Below are positions 25,399 through 38,063 of a stretch of DNA of 64,000 nt, piece after piece. The notes under the pieces were generated by a model, which saw only the letters and a program-made list of their open reading frames with translations, had not been told where the DNA came from and searched no databases. Location of the stretch: assembly GCF_018977255.1 (NCBI RefSeq), contig NW_024704742.1, forward strand, positions 125,552,001-125,616,000, written 5' to 3'. The translations under genes and the position numbers were made by a program. How positions within the stretch are numbered: position 1 is the stretch's first letter; each line of letters opens with the position of its first letter. The stretch comes from Callorhinchus milii. Its lineage: Eukaryota.

Positions 25399-27682
25399 CT
25401 GACACCCATGGAACCCCTCACAATGCTTCATGCTCCAAACCAAACTACTGAGAATTTCACATATGTATGGTTTCCATTTGTATAGTAAGGAGTGCAACCT
25501 CCCTACCCAAAGGGCTGCACCCTATTTACATAATCCAAGAGATGATTAGGTGCAGTTTGGCAAGAGTCAATGTCGAGGCCTGGGGACTCCAAAATGTTCA
25601 CTGCTAAACTGCATAGTCTATTATTGCAGGCCATTGGTTAAATTCCAGTTGCTTGTCCAGGTAAGACAACCCTTCCCACTTGGGTTACCCATAACTGAGT
25701 GCAACAAATTCTAGCCCCCAGTGACTGGTCCACTCTTCCAAATTGTGCTAATGAGCTAGGCTGGTCTGTCTGTCTTCAACAGTGCTCTGGAGTATTGCAG
25801 ACATGTCTGCCACAGGTTATGGACTACTGATCTGATCGATTCTGATCTTCTGCTGCCAGACATGCCACCTAGGAGTCAATTCAATCCCCCCAAAACCCCA
25901 AAAGTCCTCTCTTACTTCCCTCCCAAGGAAGGTAGTGACACGTTGATCATTAGACATCTGTCTAACCGCAAGCTTGATATGAGATGGAAAAGTTACTTGT
26001 TGCAGCAATGAGACCTGTTCTCAAAGTAAGTGACATTGCACTTTAAAAATAGTGGTTATTTCCTTATTTATTTATAAAGAAATTTAGAAAATGGTGTCAA
26101 TATTGTGTAGAACAAAATGGAAAAGCATTTCATTCCACATCACCAATTCCTCTCAAATTAATCTCCACGACAATTCACTCTTCAAAGAGTGGAATAGAGA
26201 AATCAAATTCCTTTCAATGTGGCATCGGGGATAATTATCACACTTCAGACTGGATTTTGTCCCTTCCTCCCTCCTTTTCAAGATGAGATCAAGCCTTGTT
26301 GTCACATTGTGGCTCTTCTGCTTTACCATAGACTGTAATGCTCAGGGGGATTTTATTGGGGAGAAGGAGTGTCCATGTCCTTTTTACTATCAGCAGGTAT
26401 AACTGCATACTGATAGCCAGAATCTCCATGTGGTGGAAGTTATTGCAGCAGGTTTATCGAGCGCTAACCCACAAAGGATTAGCAACAATTTAAACAGCAG
26501 TTCCTCTTTCTTCGATTTCCCTCCACTCCCTCAAAGACAGGCAGCGACTTTTGTTGGTTCCTTGCCTGCACCCACACATTTGCAACCCATCCCCCATAGA
26601 GTGCTTTACAAACACATTCCGTGATATGCCGCCCAACCTCCATAGGCCATCTCATCATTCAACATGGAGTAAAGCTTCAAATAGCAGCTGGGTAACTTCA
26701 GCTCAGCTCCCCCCCAGTCTCGCTCCCAAGTTTGCTAGTGTCTGCTGGGCCTTAAACTGGCTCTTGCTCAGGTTTGGATTGCCCCCTCCCTCTGCTCTGG
26801 AGCTACTATTAGTGGGAGTACTTGAAAAAAATATCCTGGTTAAGCCCATAGTCGCAATCCTTCAAGTACTTGAAACACTCTGGGATGCTACCCCGTATGA
26901 AGGGCGCTATACAAATGCAAGGTGTTGTTGTTGTCGTAGTGTCTGACTGTTTTCTCTGAGCACCCATACTTCCTGGATGGGTCATTGAGTTAGTAATCAG
27001 AAGGGGAGCCTGGGGTTAACCCAGTGACATTAAGGTGGGTAGTGAATTGCTACAACAACTATATTACATTTATGTAAGCAGGAATCAAACTGGAGACCCC
27101 CAAATTTCTCATGGTCTTGTCTTAAGACCGTTATTTTAAAACATAAGAAGAACAGTGGAGGCTAGGCAGGCTGCAAAATTGAAAGTGAAGTTAAGAATAT
27201 TCAAAAAATTATACACAGTGTTAAATTTTAAAGATCAGGTCCTTGAGGCTATGACTATGAAACATTTCAGGCTTTTGGTCTCTTCCTGGTTTGTCAGCAT
27301 CAGTTCATTTATCCACTGAGCAGTAAGAGGCTAAGCATTATGTATATTATAGTGAGCAACGATAGATCTGATGTGGCTGCAGGTGTGCTGACAAACCCTG
27401 GCTGATGAGGGTGTAGATTATTACTGAGTTACTTTATATTTCCTGTGTGGGAGGTGCAGTTGCATTGTTGTAAAAATGGTGACAACAGACAAGCAAAACA
27501 CTATAACCCTTCCGCAAACACCGCCTACATTCACATTGTCAATACACCAGAATAAAATTCTGTGAAGCGTTTTGAGACATCTCAACAACATGATAAGGCA
27601 CTACATTGCATGTAAGGATTATTATTATAATTATTATTAAGTCTGTGGAGACTCCAGCCTCCAAGTGCTAACCGCTTCTGTT

Positions 27683-28078
27683 CATTTGATGTAGTACCTT
27701 ATCACGTCGGCAGGATGCCTCAAAATGTTTCACAGGTTTTAATGTAATGTGTATTGTGTAGGCAAACATGGCTCCACGTTCTGTGTCCTACAAATAGTCA
27801 TGAAGTGAATGGCCAATTTTATCTGGGAAACTGTTGGCCAGGACACTAGGAGAAACTGCCTTCGCTTCTTGAATGGTGTGATAAGTTCTTTAATGAACAA
27901 GCAGATGAGACCTCGATTGAATGTCTCATCGAAGGACGGCACCTCCAACAATGCAGCACTTTCCCAGCACTGCATGGTCGTGTCAGCCTAGACTATGAGC
28001 TCAAAGTCATGACGTGGAGCTTGAGACTACAACCTCTGACTCAGAGGTGAGAGTGCTGACAATGAACCAGATTGACAC
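27683..28078 (-). mobile_element. Older Deu-domain SINE (SacSINE1/AmnSINE1-like superfamily), near full length
   Basis: Reverse complement reads tRNA-like head ...ctctgagtcagaggttg, then gtgctgcattgttggaggtgccgtccttcgatgagac and tgtcctggccaac, then an L2-like tail. Matches the recalled Deu domain. Confidence 0.78.
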
Positions 28079-28150
28079 CTATTTCAGAGGAAACTAGATA
28101 GCCAAAGCATAGCTTGAATAGAAGCTCACAGATGAGAGCTTGTTTAGAAG

Positions 28151-28475
28151 TAATAATAATAATAATAATCCTTGCATTTGATATAGCGCTTTTCACGTCG
28201 GGAGGACGTCCCAAAGCGCTTCACAGAACACACTGTAAAGTGAATTGACTGTATATTTGTGGGCGAACGCGGCAGCCAATTGTGCACAGCAATGTCCCAT
28301 AAACAGTCGTAGATTGAAAATGACCAATTTATTATTGGTTTTGGTTTTGGAGGGATTATTATTAGGCTCTGTGTGGAGTAAGGAAACTTGCCCAAGGTTT
28401 CACCCTCTGCCTGGAATTGAACTCAGGTCTCTCGCTTGCAAAGCGAGTGCTCTAACCACTGAGCTACAGGACTCC
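28151..28475 (-). mobile_element. Full-length young tRNA-derived SINE
   Basis: Reverse complement of the 17990 copy with few differences. Confidence 0.9.
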
Positions 28476-30372
28476 ATAAGTATGTGGTACAAGACCCTGT
28501 GAAAGGGCTTTGGAAATGCCTATGGCAATGAAAAGTCAATAATAATTATAAAAAGTAATTCTTGCATTTGATATAGCATCTGTAACTTTGAAATGACTCA
28601 AAGTACTTCACAGTGAAATCTTGTCAATTGTAGTGACTTTATTATTCCATGAACTGAATGACTAATTCATCTGGAGGATTGTTGTCAAGGCCACTGCAAA
28701 AAAAAATCGCTTCCACTTTCAAGCAATGTCGTGGGATCTTTAAAAGTCCACCTGAACGAGCAAGCAAATAAGTTCCCAAAGTGTTCAAGTTTAGAGTTCT
28801 TCAGGTGTGCAATGCTGGAAAGGCTATCCCCAGTGGAGCAGCCATGCCAGAAAGCCTACTGCTTATTTATTGGGGATTAGACCAGATGTTTTTAGGTGAT
28901 TGAGAGTTAAAGCTGACTTCGATAACTTTAAAACCTGAAAGTGATTAATCAGTCATCTTACTGAGAGGTTCAGATTATATCCCATTCCTGAAACTTCATT
29001 ACTGTATTGGACTCAACCCAAGGCACCTGCTGTTTGCAAATAATACTGTACATACTGCTTTTCTAGGGTAGTTTGAATCATACTTTGGTTTAATCATATT
29101 CCATGCAGCAGATGTCAGTGAAGATACTTTGAAGAGCTTTAAAGTGAAGAGCTTTCTAATTGCTGACTGACAAAAACAATCACTCAAATTAATGATTGTG
29201 AAGTCAGTTCCATGTTTGACAATAATAACCAGCTGATTACTAGGAAAACCAACCCGTCTGTCTGCTCAAGTGGATGTTAAAGGTCCCATGGCACTATACG
29301 GAAAGAGAAGGGAGTTTCTCCTGGTGTCCTGGGAAACAATCCCTCAATAAAATCGGTAATGCACTTCATGGCTGTTTGTGGAACATTGCTGTGAACAAAA
29401 CAGATTGCCACGTTTACCAACAAAACATGGAGTCACTACACTTTACAAGTTATCCTGTGAAATGCTTTGAGATGCCCTCCTGATGTGAAAGGCACTAACT
29501 ATACAAGATGTAAGTCTTATTGCTATTATTATTATTATAATTCAATGGTTGGCATGTATTATGTTACATTCACTGCATTTTGGGGGTTAGCCAAAATTGT
29601 CAAATTGTTTCCCCTTCTCAAAGTCTCCCTTTTCCTTTCTAACTGGGGTACAATTCCTCAAATGCTGTTCCTCAGATATCCTATGGTACCTTGTCCAGGT
29701 AGGTATTATTCATGTGTGAGCTAAGATAGTGAGATGTGGTAGGAAAATCAACCAACAGGCACCACAGATGAGCCTGATATCTGTCCTGAACAGAGAAGGA
29801 TGAGAAGAGACCTAATAGAGATATTTTTTAAATGAGGAGGGATTTTGGAAAGGAAATGCAGAGAAATTCTTTCCACTTGTCAGTGAGGAAGTAACTAAAG
29901 GGCACAGATTTAAAGTAATTACCAAAAGAGCATAGTGAGACATTAGGAATGCCACATCTCGAATGGCGGTTGAGGTTAAAGGTACATTAGCTTTTAAAAA
30001 TGCAGTTAAAAACAACTTGCATTTATATAGCGCCTCTCATGCAGGGTAGCGTCCCAGAGAGCTTAATGTAACATAATACAATGGAACTGAATACATAGAT
30101 AGCTCTTTTAAGCACAGGCACGGTGGGCTGGATAGCCTGGTTCTGTGCTATGGTATTTCTATGGTAGTAAAGGTTCTGTTATCCTACCATCACCTGACAT
30201 CCACACACACACGTTCCTTCCACCAAAGAGTTTTCTAAGGAAAGCCCTTCACAAGTTTTGGATGTACACCTGACTGAACACAAATTTTTCTTGTGTCCAG
30301 GCACACAAAGGGCTGCAGCGTCACTAAAAAAACAAGCACACCATCAAGGAAAGAATTAAAGTTCTGACTTAC

Positions 30373-30468
30373 TCGAAGCATTGGCCCGTTTTGAAAGACG
30401 TGAGGCTCATCACATACCACGCAGTACTCATTCAGCACTGGGATCCGCTGCTCTGCATGCTCAATAGT
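30373..30468 (-). CDS. PARP8: parp8 coding exon (approx. exon 14), 96 bp: TIEHAEQRIPVLNEYCVVCDEPHVFQNGPMLR
   Basis: Acceptor tgtgcag, donor gtaagt. First half of the PARP6/8 Cys-rich motif; lies inside ORF 30235..30534. Confidence 0.96.
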
Positions 30469-30496
30469 CTGCACAGAAGACAATTGTGACATTAAT

Positions 30497-30915
30497 AGTA
30501 AATAATACTTGCATTTGATACAACACCTTGTCACGTTATCAAGATATCACAAAGCTCTTCACAAGATTTTACTGTGAAGTGTAGTGACTGTATATTTTAG
30601 GTGAATGAGGCAAACTATTTGTGTGCAGGCAGCGTCCCACAAACAACCATAAAGTGAATGATCAATTTTATCTGATGGGTTGTTGATGAGGAGTCCTCAG
30701 TGAAACTCCTTTCTCTTTTCAAACAGTGTCATGGTATCTTTAACGATCCCTGTACAGGCAGAAGGTGTCTTGGTTTAACGTCTCATTTGAAGGATGGCAC
30801 CTCCAACAATGCAGCATATTCCCATCACTGCACTGGAGTGACAGCCTGGGAAATGAGTGGCTTGAGTATGGTTTGAACCCACCAGCTTCTGACTTAGAGG
30901 TGAGACCAGGCTGAA
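30497..30915 (-). mobile_element. Deu-domain SINE abutting the exon-14 acceptor
   Basis: ggatggcacctccaacaatgcagca core and tail similar to the 27683 copy. Confidence 0.75.
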
Positions 30916-31127
30916 ATTGTAAATAATAAGACCTTAATAAATGATTAATAATAATAAATAATAATTCTTGCATTTGATAAACTGCCTTATCACGTCTTTT
31001 AGACATCTCAAAGCGCTTCACAGAATATACTGTAAAGTGAACTGACTGTGAATTTTGTGGGTGAAATGGGGCAGTTTAGTGATTAAAATAGCTTTAAAAT
31101 AAAATAGTGATTAAAATAGATGCTTAC

Positions 31128-31181
31128 CTGTACAAGGAAGCCATGTTCTCTCGGTGGTAGTGTTTTTGCGTTATATCCAGG
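31128..31181 (-). CDS. PARP8: parp8 coding exon (approx. exon 13), 54 bp: PGYNAKTLPPREHGFLVQ
   Basis: Acceptor ttgttgccag, donor gtaagc. Ends in the conserved GFLVQ; phase 0/0. Confidence 0.9.
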
Positions 31182-31297
31182 CTGGCAACAAAAAAGACAT
31201 AGATGAGCAATGAAGATCAACACACACGAATGTATCAGTATGTGTTCTTCTCTCACGTTCAGAGTGCCCTGGGAGTTATCTTATTCAAGGAGTAGTG

Positions 31298-31880
31298 ACA
31301 ACAAGATTACATTTGTATAGTGCCCTTCACGTTAGGAGGACGTCCCAAGGCACTGGACAGTCAGTGTTTCGGACCCGAGCTGGGGTTGGGATTGGGGAGG
31401 GTGGAGGGCAAGGGGGGAAGCAGGTTGATTGAAGGCACGGTCGAAGAGGCGTGTCTTGAGATGGGTCTTGAAGGAGGCAAGAGAGAGGACGAGATGGAGG
31501 GCCTGTGGGATGGAGTTCCAGAGGGTGGGGGTAGAGTGGCAGAAGGCCAGCCTGCCAATGGTGGGGTGGGCGAGGTAGGGGAGTCAAGCAGGCCGGAGCT
31601 GCTGAGCGGAGGGAGAGGGCAGGATGGTGGGGGGATGAGAGGTCGCAGAGGTAGGGGGAGCAAGTCCATGGAGGGCTTTCACAGTGAGGACCAGGATCTT
31701 GAACTGTATCCTCTGTGTGACGGGAAGCCAGTGGAGTCGGGCAAGGATGGGGGTGATAGGGTCAAGGAGTCTGGTGCAGGAGTTGACATAGGCTGCAGAG
31801 TTCTGGATGATCTGCAGCCTATGGAAGGAAGAGTTGGGGAGGTCGACAAGCAATGAGTTTGCACAGTCAAGCCTGAATAT
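31298..31880 (-). mobile_element. L2 3' fragment
   Basis: ORF 31584..31904 RLDCANSLL...LQIIQNSAA...LARLHWLPVTQRIQFKILVLT; L2 tail. Confidence 0.88.
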
Positions 31881-33322
31881 TATGAATGTGTTATGACACA
31901 CCAAACTAGAGAGTTTCAGTTACTTCCCATTGCAATAATCTCAAACTTCCTTTGCAGTGTCACCGTTTCAGGTGGAATGACACTTTCACGCTGGTATATA
32001 TGGTATATATTCAAAATTAGCTTTGATTTGACTTAATAATTGTGATAAACTTACAACATTACCACGTGCAATGAGTAGAATGCAGCAACGTGTTTCAGAA
32101 CAAGGGCATGTGGACTCAAGCTCAGGAGAGGGAGGGTGAACAGATAGTTCAGATTTAATTACTTTATAGAGAGTGGTGAATAAGTGGAATAGGCTACCCA
32201 GGGAGTCGAAGAAAGTAGATTGTGTCAGCAAATTTAATAGAGCTATGTGGCGAAGAATTCAATTGAGGAGGTATGGGAGATAGTGTAGCGTTGGATTATA
32301 TTTTTTACATGAATTATATATATTGATTTTCTTTTGATTGGGAATGGACTGAAATGGCCCTGTACATTTTGTGTTCCTATACGTTCCTAGGTTCCTAGGA
32401 TTGAGATGCTCCATGTTTAAGCACGGCATTCTCCCTCCCTGGTTAAAGGCCCGTCCCAAAATATACCAGACTGCGCTTTTGGTCATCTCACCCCTCCCCT
32501 CAGCTCCCAACCCCAGCTCGGGTGCCCAGTCAACACTGTCAAGCGATATGAGTGGTACTCCAGATGTGAAAGGCGGAAGATAAGTGTAAATTGTATTGTA
32601 TTTTATTGTAAAATGCCATGCACTGTTTGCACTGTCCTTTTAAATTTGTATATTTTTCACCCAAATGAATTCCCTTTGCAGCTTTTAAAATTCATGGACG
32701 CAGGCTGACTTAAAAGTAGCTCAACCTCCTTGAGAATCTCAGTGAAACTCTGTTATCCTTTTATTTTCCCAAACATCAAGACAGCGTCTGGCAGTAAACT
32801 ACATTCCAACTGCTCCAGGGAATCAAAGGGGCAACTCGCTTACACTGAGGAGTGAACTCAAAGCCTGACATTGCTTTGAATGGACATGTTCTTATACCCA
32901 CACAGCTCCTCTCTTATTCTCTTTTACTTCCTTCTGCTCACCCCTTTCCCCAACCCGACCCCTTCCGTTTTACCAGCATGAGGGCAGGAAGTGCCTATTT
33001 TTCAAAGTCATAGCTATCGTGCTCTCCCACGGAAAACAACAACTTGATTTATATAGCAGTCATCATGCAGGACAGCGACTTGGAGCGCTGAACATTTTTT
33101 AAGCTTCAGAGAATAGCAAAGTCACCTTCATGAATTTCGGAAATATATTAACGTTTCAATTTCATCATTATTTTTCATTTCTAAATTAATTCTTCCCCCC
33201 CCACCCCCCACCCCATCTGTTCAGAGCAAACCGGTCTCAGTGAGGGAGACGCAAAGTAAGTTAGGGCTCCCCACCCCGACTCCTGCTGTGTTTATTTAAA
33301 TGTTAGGTGAGGACAAGTTTGG

Positions 33323-33647
33323 ATAATAATAATAATAATAATCCTTGCATTTGATATAGTGCTTTTCACGTCGGGCGGACGTCCCAAAGCGCTTCACAGA
33401 TCACACTGTAAGTGAATTGACTGTATATTTGTGGGCGAACGCGGCAGCCAATTGCGCACAGCAATGTCCCACAAACAGTCGTAGATTAAAAATGACCAAT
33501 TTATTATTGTTTTTTGGTTTTGGAGGATTATTATTAGGCTCTGTGTGAAGTAAGGAAACTTGCCCAAGGTTTCGCCCTCTGCCTGGAATTGAACTCAGGT
33601 CTCTCGCTTGCAAAGCGAGTGCTCTAACCACTGAGCTACAGGACTCC
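33323..33647 (-). mobile_element. Full-length young tRNA-derived SINE
   Basis: Near-identical to 28151-28475. Confidence 0.9.
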
Positions 33648-34099
33648 ATTGGATGTAGCTGTTATGCCACGATGGTCATATGGAAATAATGGTGGGAAAG
33701 GCCTGGAAGGCAGTATAATTCACAAACGGAATGATTTAGGAAACTGCTAATTGTAACCCCGTGGTTTATATCACCTACCCAAATAAGAACAATAAAGGCC
33801 AAGCATGTTCTCATAGAATCAGTGCGTCGTTAAAGAAAATTTTCCATTTCGGAATCACTGATGGTAAAGTGGAAATAATTAGAGATGGTGGAGCTTAAAC
33901 TACTCTGTTCTTTGACTGAGGCAAAGGAGAAATTATGCAAAGCTATCTTTAGTTTGGCACAAATATAGCCGCAACTGTCCGAGAGGAATCTTGTGGAGTT
34001 CAGTCAAGGGAATAATTCACCCATTTCATCTCTCCTCAGCAAGGAATATTTTTGAGCTTTGTTCCAATATATTTTATCTTTTCCCCTCTGGGTTGTGTG

Positions 34100-34960
34100 G
34101 GACTAATACAGCATGGAAACAGGACATTCAGCCCAACTAGTGTTTATACTCCATACGGACTCCACTCCTCCTATTCCCTTCCACCTCATGTTTGCATAAT
34201 TTTTTCTCTTATATATAAACATGCTTTTTTGTTACAAGAACAGCTTCTGGCAGTGAATTTCACATTCTCACCACCTTTTGCATGAAGAAGTTCCTCCTAA
34301 ACTCCCTACTAGCTATCTTATATTACTACCCTGTTGTGTTCTACTCACCATACCTTGATAAGACGTGAAATATGTATCAGCTAATCTTTGGGACAAGTGG
34401 CAAAATTATACAGAATTCTGTACAAAGTGCACAAAAACAAGCCATTCAGCCAATGTTTAATCCATGCCAGTGTTTAAGGTTCACATGAGCTTCTATCTCT
34501 CCTATTCCCCTCTCCTATTTTCCCTCTATTCCCTTCTACCTCATGTAAATGTCGAGTTTTCTCTTAAATATACTGGAGGCTTTTTGTTTCAATCACTTCT
34601 TCTGGCAGTGAGTTACACATTCTCATCACCGTCTACATAAAGTGGTTCCTGCTAATCTCTCTTTTAGATCTGTTATTTGCTATCATATATTAATGCTTTC
34701 TAGTTTTGGACTCATCAACAAATGAAAACAGTTTATTTAATGCCCAGCTTATCAAATCCTTTCATAGTTTTAAACATTTCTATTATGTTCACTCCCAGTC
34801 ATCTCATCTCCAGAGAGAAAAGCTCCAGCCTGTTTAATCTTTCTTGATAGCTGTATCCACCCAACCCTGGTAAGTAATATTCAGGGAAATCTACACTTCA
34901 ATGCTACAATATCCTACCTGTAGCATGACGACCAGAACTGCACACAGCTCTCCACATTTA
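34100..34960 (-). mobile_element. Decayed CR1 LINE 3' fragments
   Basis: accagaactgcacacagctctcc (reverse complement LExCVQFW-like) and ctggcagtgaatttcacattctcaccacc (RVVRMxNSLP-like). Confidence 0.65.
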
Positions 34961-36018
34961 TTTTTCTACTCTACCAGTGGGATAAAAAAAAGTATCAAAA
35001 ACACTAAAATGCTCAAGGGTTTCTCTAGAATCCAATGGAAAAAACAATCTTATTGAGAAGGACACTTTAAAAGTTATTTTTTAAAAATGAAACATACCGC
35101 GAGCGATGTGGGCAACTGCCACCAGCCCAAGTTTCTCTCCCAGCTGTGAGTTGTCTATTCAGCACCTAGCCAAGAGTCAGCTGTTTTGCCTCACTATATG
35201 TATGGCTTTTTTCTACACTGTGTCATGCACATTGTTCACCCTTCTTTAATTTTCTTGTCACACCAATCAAAACGTGAGTTCCATCACAATAACCGGTACA
35301 ATCAAAGTCTCTTCATAAACAAACGTATTAGTCACAGCAAAAGGTGACTGATTCATATTATGGCAATGCAATTGGAAGGTGATTCATCCCAAGAGGTTCT
35401 CTGAGGACACCTACCTCCTCCCTGCAACACTCAAACCATGCTCACTGTTATATTTTTGGCTTTCCAAGTGCAAAGGGACATTATTGGTAATTAAATAAAC
35501 TGGTTCCACTCTAATTATCGATTCAGCGTGAGGAAGCTCTTAAACATAACGCTGTACGTACAATCAGTATTGTGGGATTTCACTGATCATTCTGAAACAT
35601 TCAGTTAAACAGTTTTGAACGTACAGTTAGACCCATCACAACATAGTGTTTTGGATCCTTAAAATCAGACCCTGCGTTTCTCGGTCAGCAGGTCACCGTT
35701 GACATCACTTCCTGTGACTTGTGCGTGCACCCTGGAAGCCGGCAACCGTTCTTGCTAGCGTTACTTGGAAGCTGGGTTAATGCTCAAACCCAGGAGGCCT
35801 TCGGCGCCTGAATGCCACACGCTGGAAAACCACTTGTGCTACAAACGGACCCAGGCTACACCACACTGAATTATGTAGAATAATATGGCACGGAAACAGG
35901 CCATTCGACCCAACTAACCTGTGACTTTTTAACGGAGTCTGAGTGTATTGATTGCTATGGGCAAAACTCAGTGTGACTGAATGCAACAATTAAGAGACAA
36001 GAAAAAACATGTACATAC

Positions 36019-36574
36019 GGTGGGCTGTGATGAAGTGGAAGGTGCTAATATGCCAATAAGACCTGAGGTAAGTGAGAGTCTTCTGCCCTCAGAAGCAGGC
36101 TCTTTGCACGGCTCCGTTTTACCCACTTTGGCATTGCTGGAGAAGGACCTGCTCAGCAGTTTGTGATGCTTCAACCCATCCGATTCCTCTGCCTTCACAG
36201 TGCCCGAACAGGACCTGTTCAACAACTTATGTGCCTTGGGGGTGCTGTTGTGCTCACATCTGGGGTCACTAGAACATGTTCTACTCAGTATCTTGTGGGA
36301 CTTCAAAGGAATATTTTCGTCTAGCCTCACGGTAGCAGAACATGGCCGGCTTAAGAGTTTGTGTGGCTTTGTAGGAACAGCCAGCTCGGCTCTAGGGTCA
36401 CCCGAGAGTGAGCGACCCATTGGCTTGTGAGGCTTGGACTCGCAACCGTCTTCTACCTTGACGGTGTTGGAACAGGTCCTCTTTAACAGTTTCTGTGACT
36501 TGGAAACCCCATCTTGCTCCGGTTTGAACTTTGTCTTGCTTTTGCCACATCCTGGTGGAGGGTAACTTGGCGAC
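36019..36574 (-). CDS. PARP8: parp8 large coding exon (approx. exon 12), 556 bp: RSPSYPPPGCGKSK...EGRRLSLTSGLIGILAPSTSSQPT
   Basis: Acceptor tttcag, donor gtatgt. Length is 1+185x3 nt with an open frame, overlapping ORF 35968..36420. This basic, Ser-rich insert is diagnostic of PARP8 versus PARP6. Confidence 0.95.
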
Positions 36575-36789
36575 CTGAAATTTAACCAACACTAGATTTT
36601 AGCTTTACGTTTCAAACCTCCACTGCAAGCATGATAGCAGACAGACATTGGATTATTTACAGCAGACGAAGTCAATTCAAATTCCATCATACCTGTATTA
36701 CAGTCTAGTACAGCAGGATCTAAATGGCGTCCTAGTATGAAAATAAGGCATGAAAAAAAACACTATGCTCTGGTGAAGCAATCTCTTCA

Positions 36790-37283
36790 TCTTGTACCCC
36801 GCTTTAAGTCTTTTACCCCATCACTCCCATCCTTGCCCAACTCCACTGGTTTTCCATCACACAGAGGATACAGTTCAAGATCCTGGTCCCCACCGTCAAA
36901 GCCCTCCATGGTCTTGCCCACCCCTACCTCTGCGACCTCCTAACCCTTACCATCCTGCTCGTTCCCTCCGCTCAGCGGACTCTGGCCTGCTCGCTCGCCC
37001 CACTATTGGCAGGCGGGCCTTCCAGCACTCTGCCCCCACCCTCTGGAACTCCATCCCGCAGTCCCTCCCCCTTGCCCCCTCCCTTGCCACCTTCAAGACC
37101 CATCTCGAGACCCTCCTCTTCGACTGTGCTTTCGATCTTCCTGCTTCCCACCCCCCTACCCTCCACCCTCCACCCTCCACCCTCCCCGACCCTCAGCTCG
37201 GGTCCATAACTGTCTGTCCAGAGTCTTGGGACGTCCTCCCGATGTGAAAGGTGCTTTACAAATGTAATTTTGTTGTTGTTGTT
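36790..37283 (+). mobile_element. L2 3' fragment
   Basis: PARSLRSADSGLL...TIGRRAF...APTLWNSIPQSL...TFKTHL; (ttg)n tail. Confidence 0.88.
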
Positions 37284-37870
37284 TTGGCCCTAAAGTAAGT
37301 TTTAATGGAACAATTTAAAAATAAATCAATTTCTTCTATCATCTGAAATTACAATCTCTGTGGCTTAAACACATTTGTTTGTTATTTCAATTTGCAAGAG
37401 TGTGACTTGACAGTAAATCTCACGCATCCTTCACATGTAATGTTGAACCAAGGTCCCATCTGCCTGTTCAGGTTGATATTAAAGATCCCATGACACTAAT
37501 GGAAAAGAGCGGGTCTTTCTCTCGGGTGTCCTGGCCAACAATCCCCCAGATAGAGACATCTCCTGACTTGAAAAGCACCATATAAATAGAAATTGTCATT
37601 TAGTTCATGGCTGTTTGTGGGACATTAGTATTTCTATGTTCATCTATAATTCACAGTAAAATCCTGTGAAGTGCTTTGAGATAATAATAATAATAATAAT
37701 CTTTGCATTTGATATAGCGCCTTATCATGTCTTTGAAACATCTCAAAATGCTTCACAGAATATACTAGAAAGTGAATTCACTATATTTTGTGGACGAAAC
37801 ACAGCAGCCAATTGTGTACAGCAGTGTCCCACAAACAGTCATAGATTAAATGACCAAATTATTATTATTT

Positions 37871-38063
<193 letters not shown>

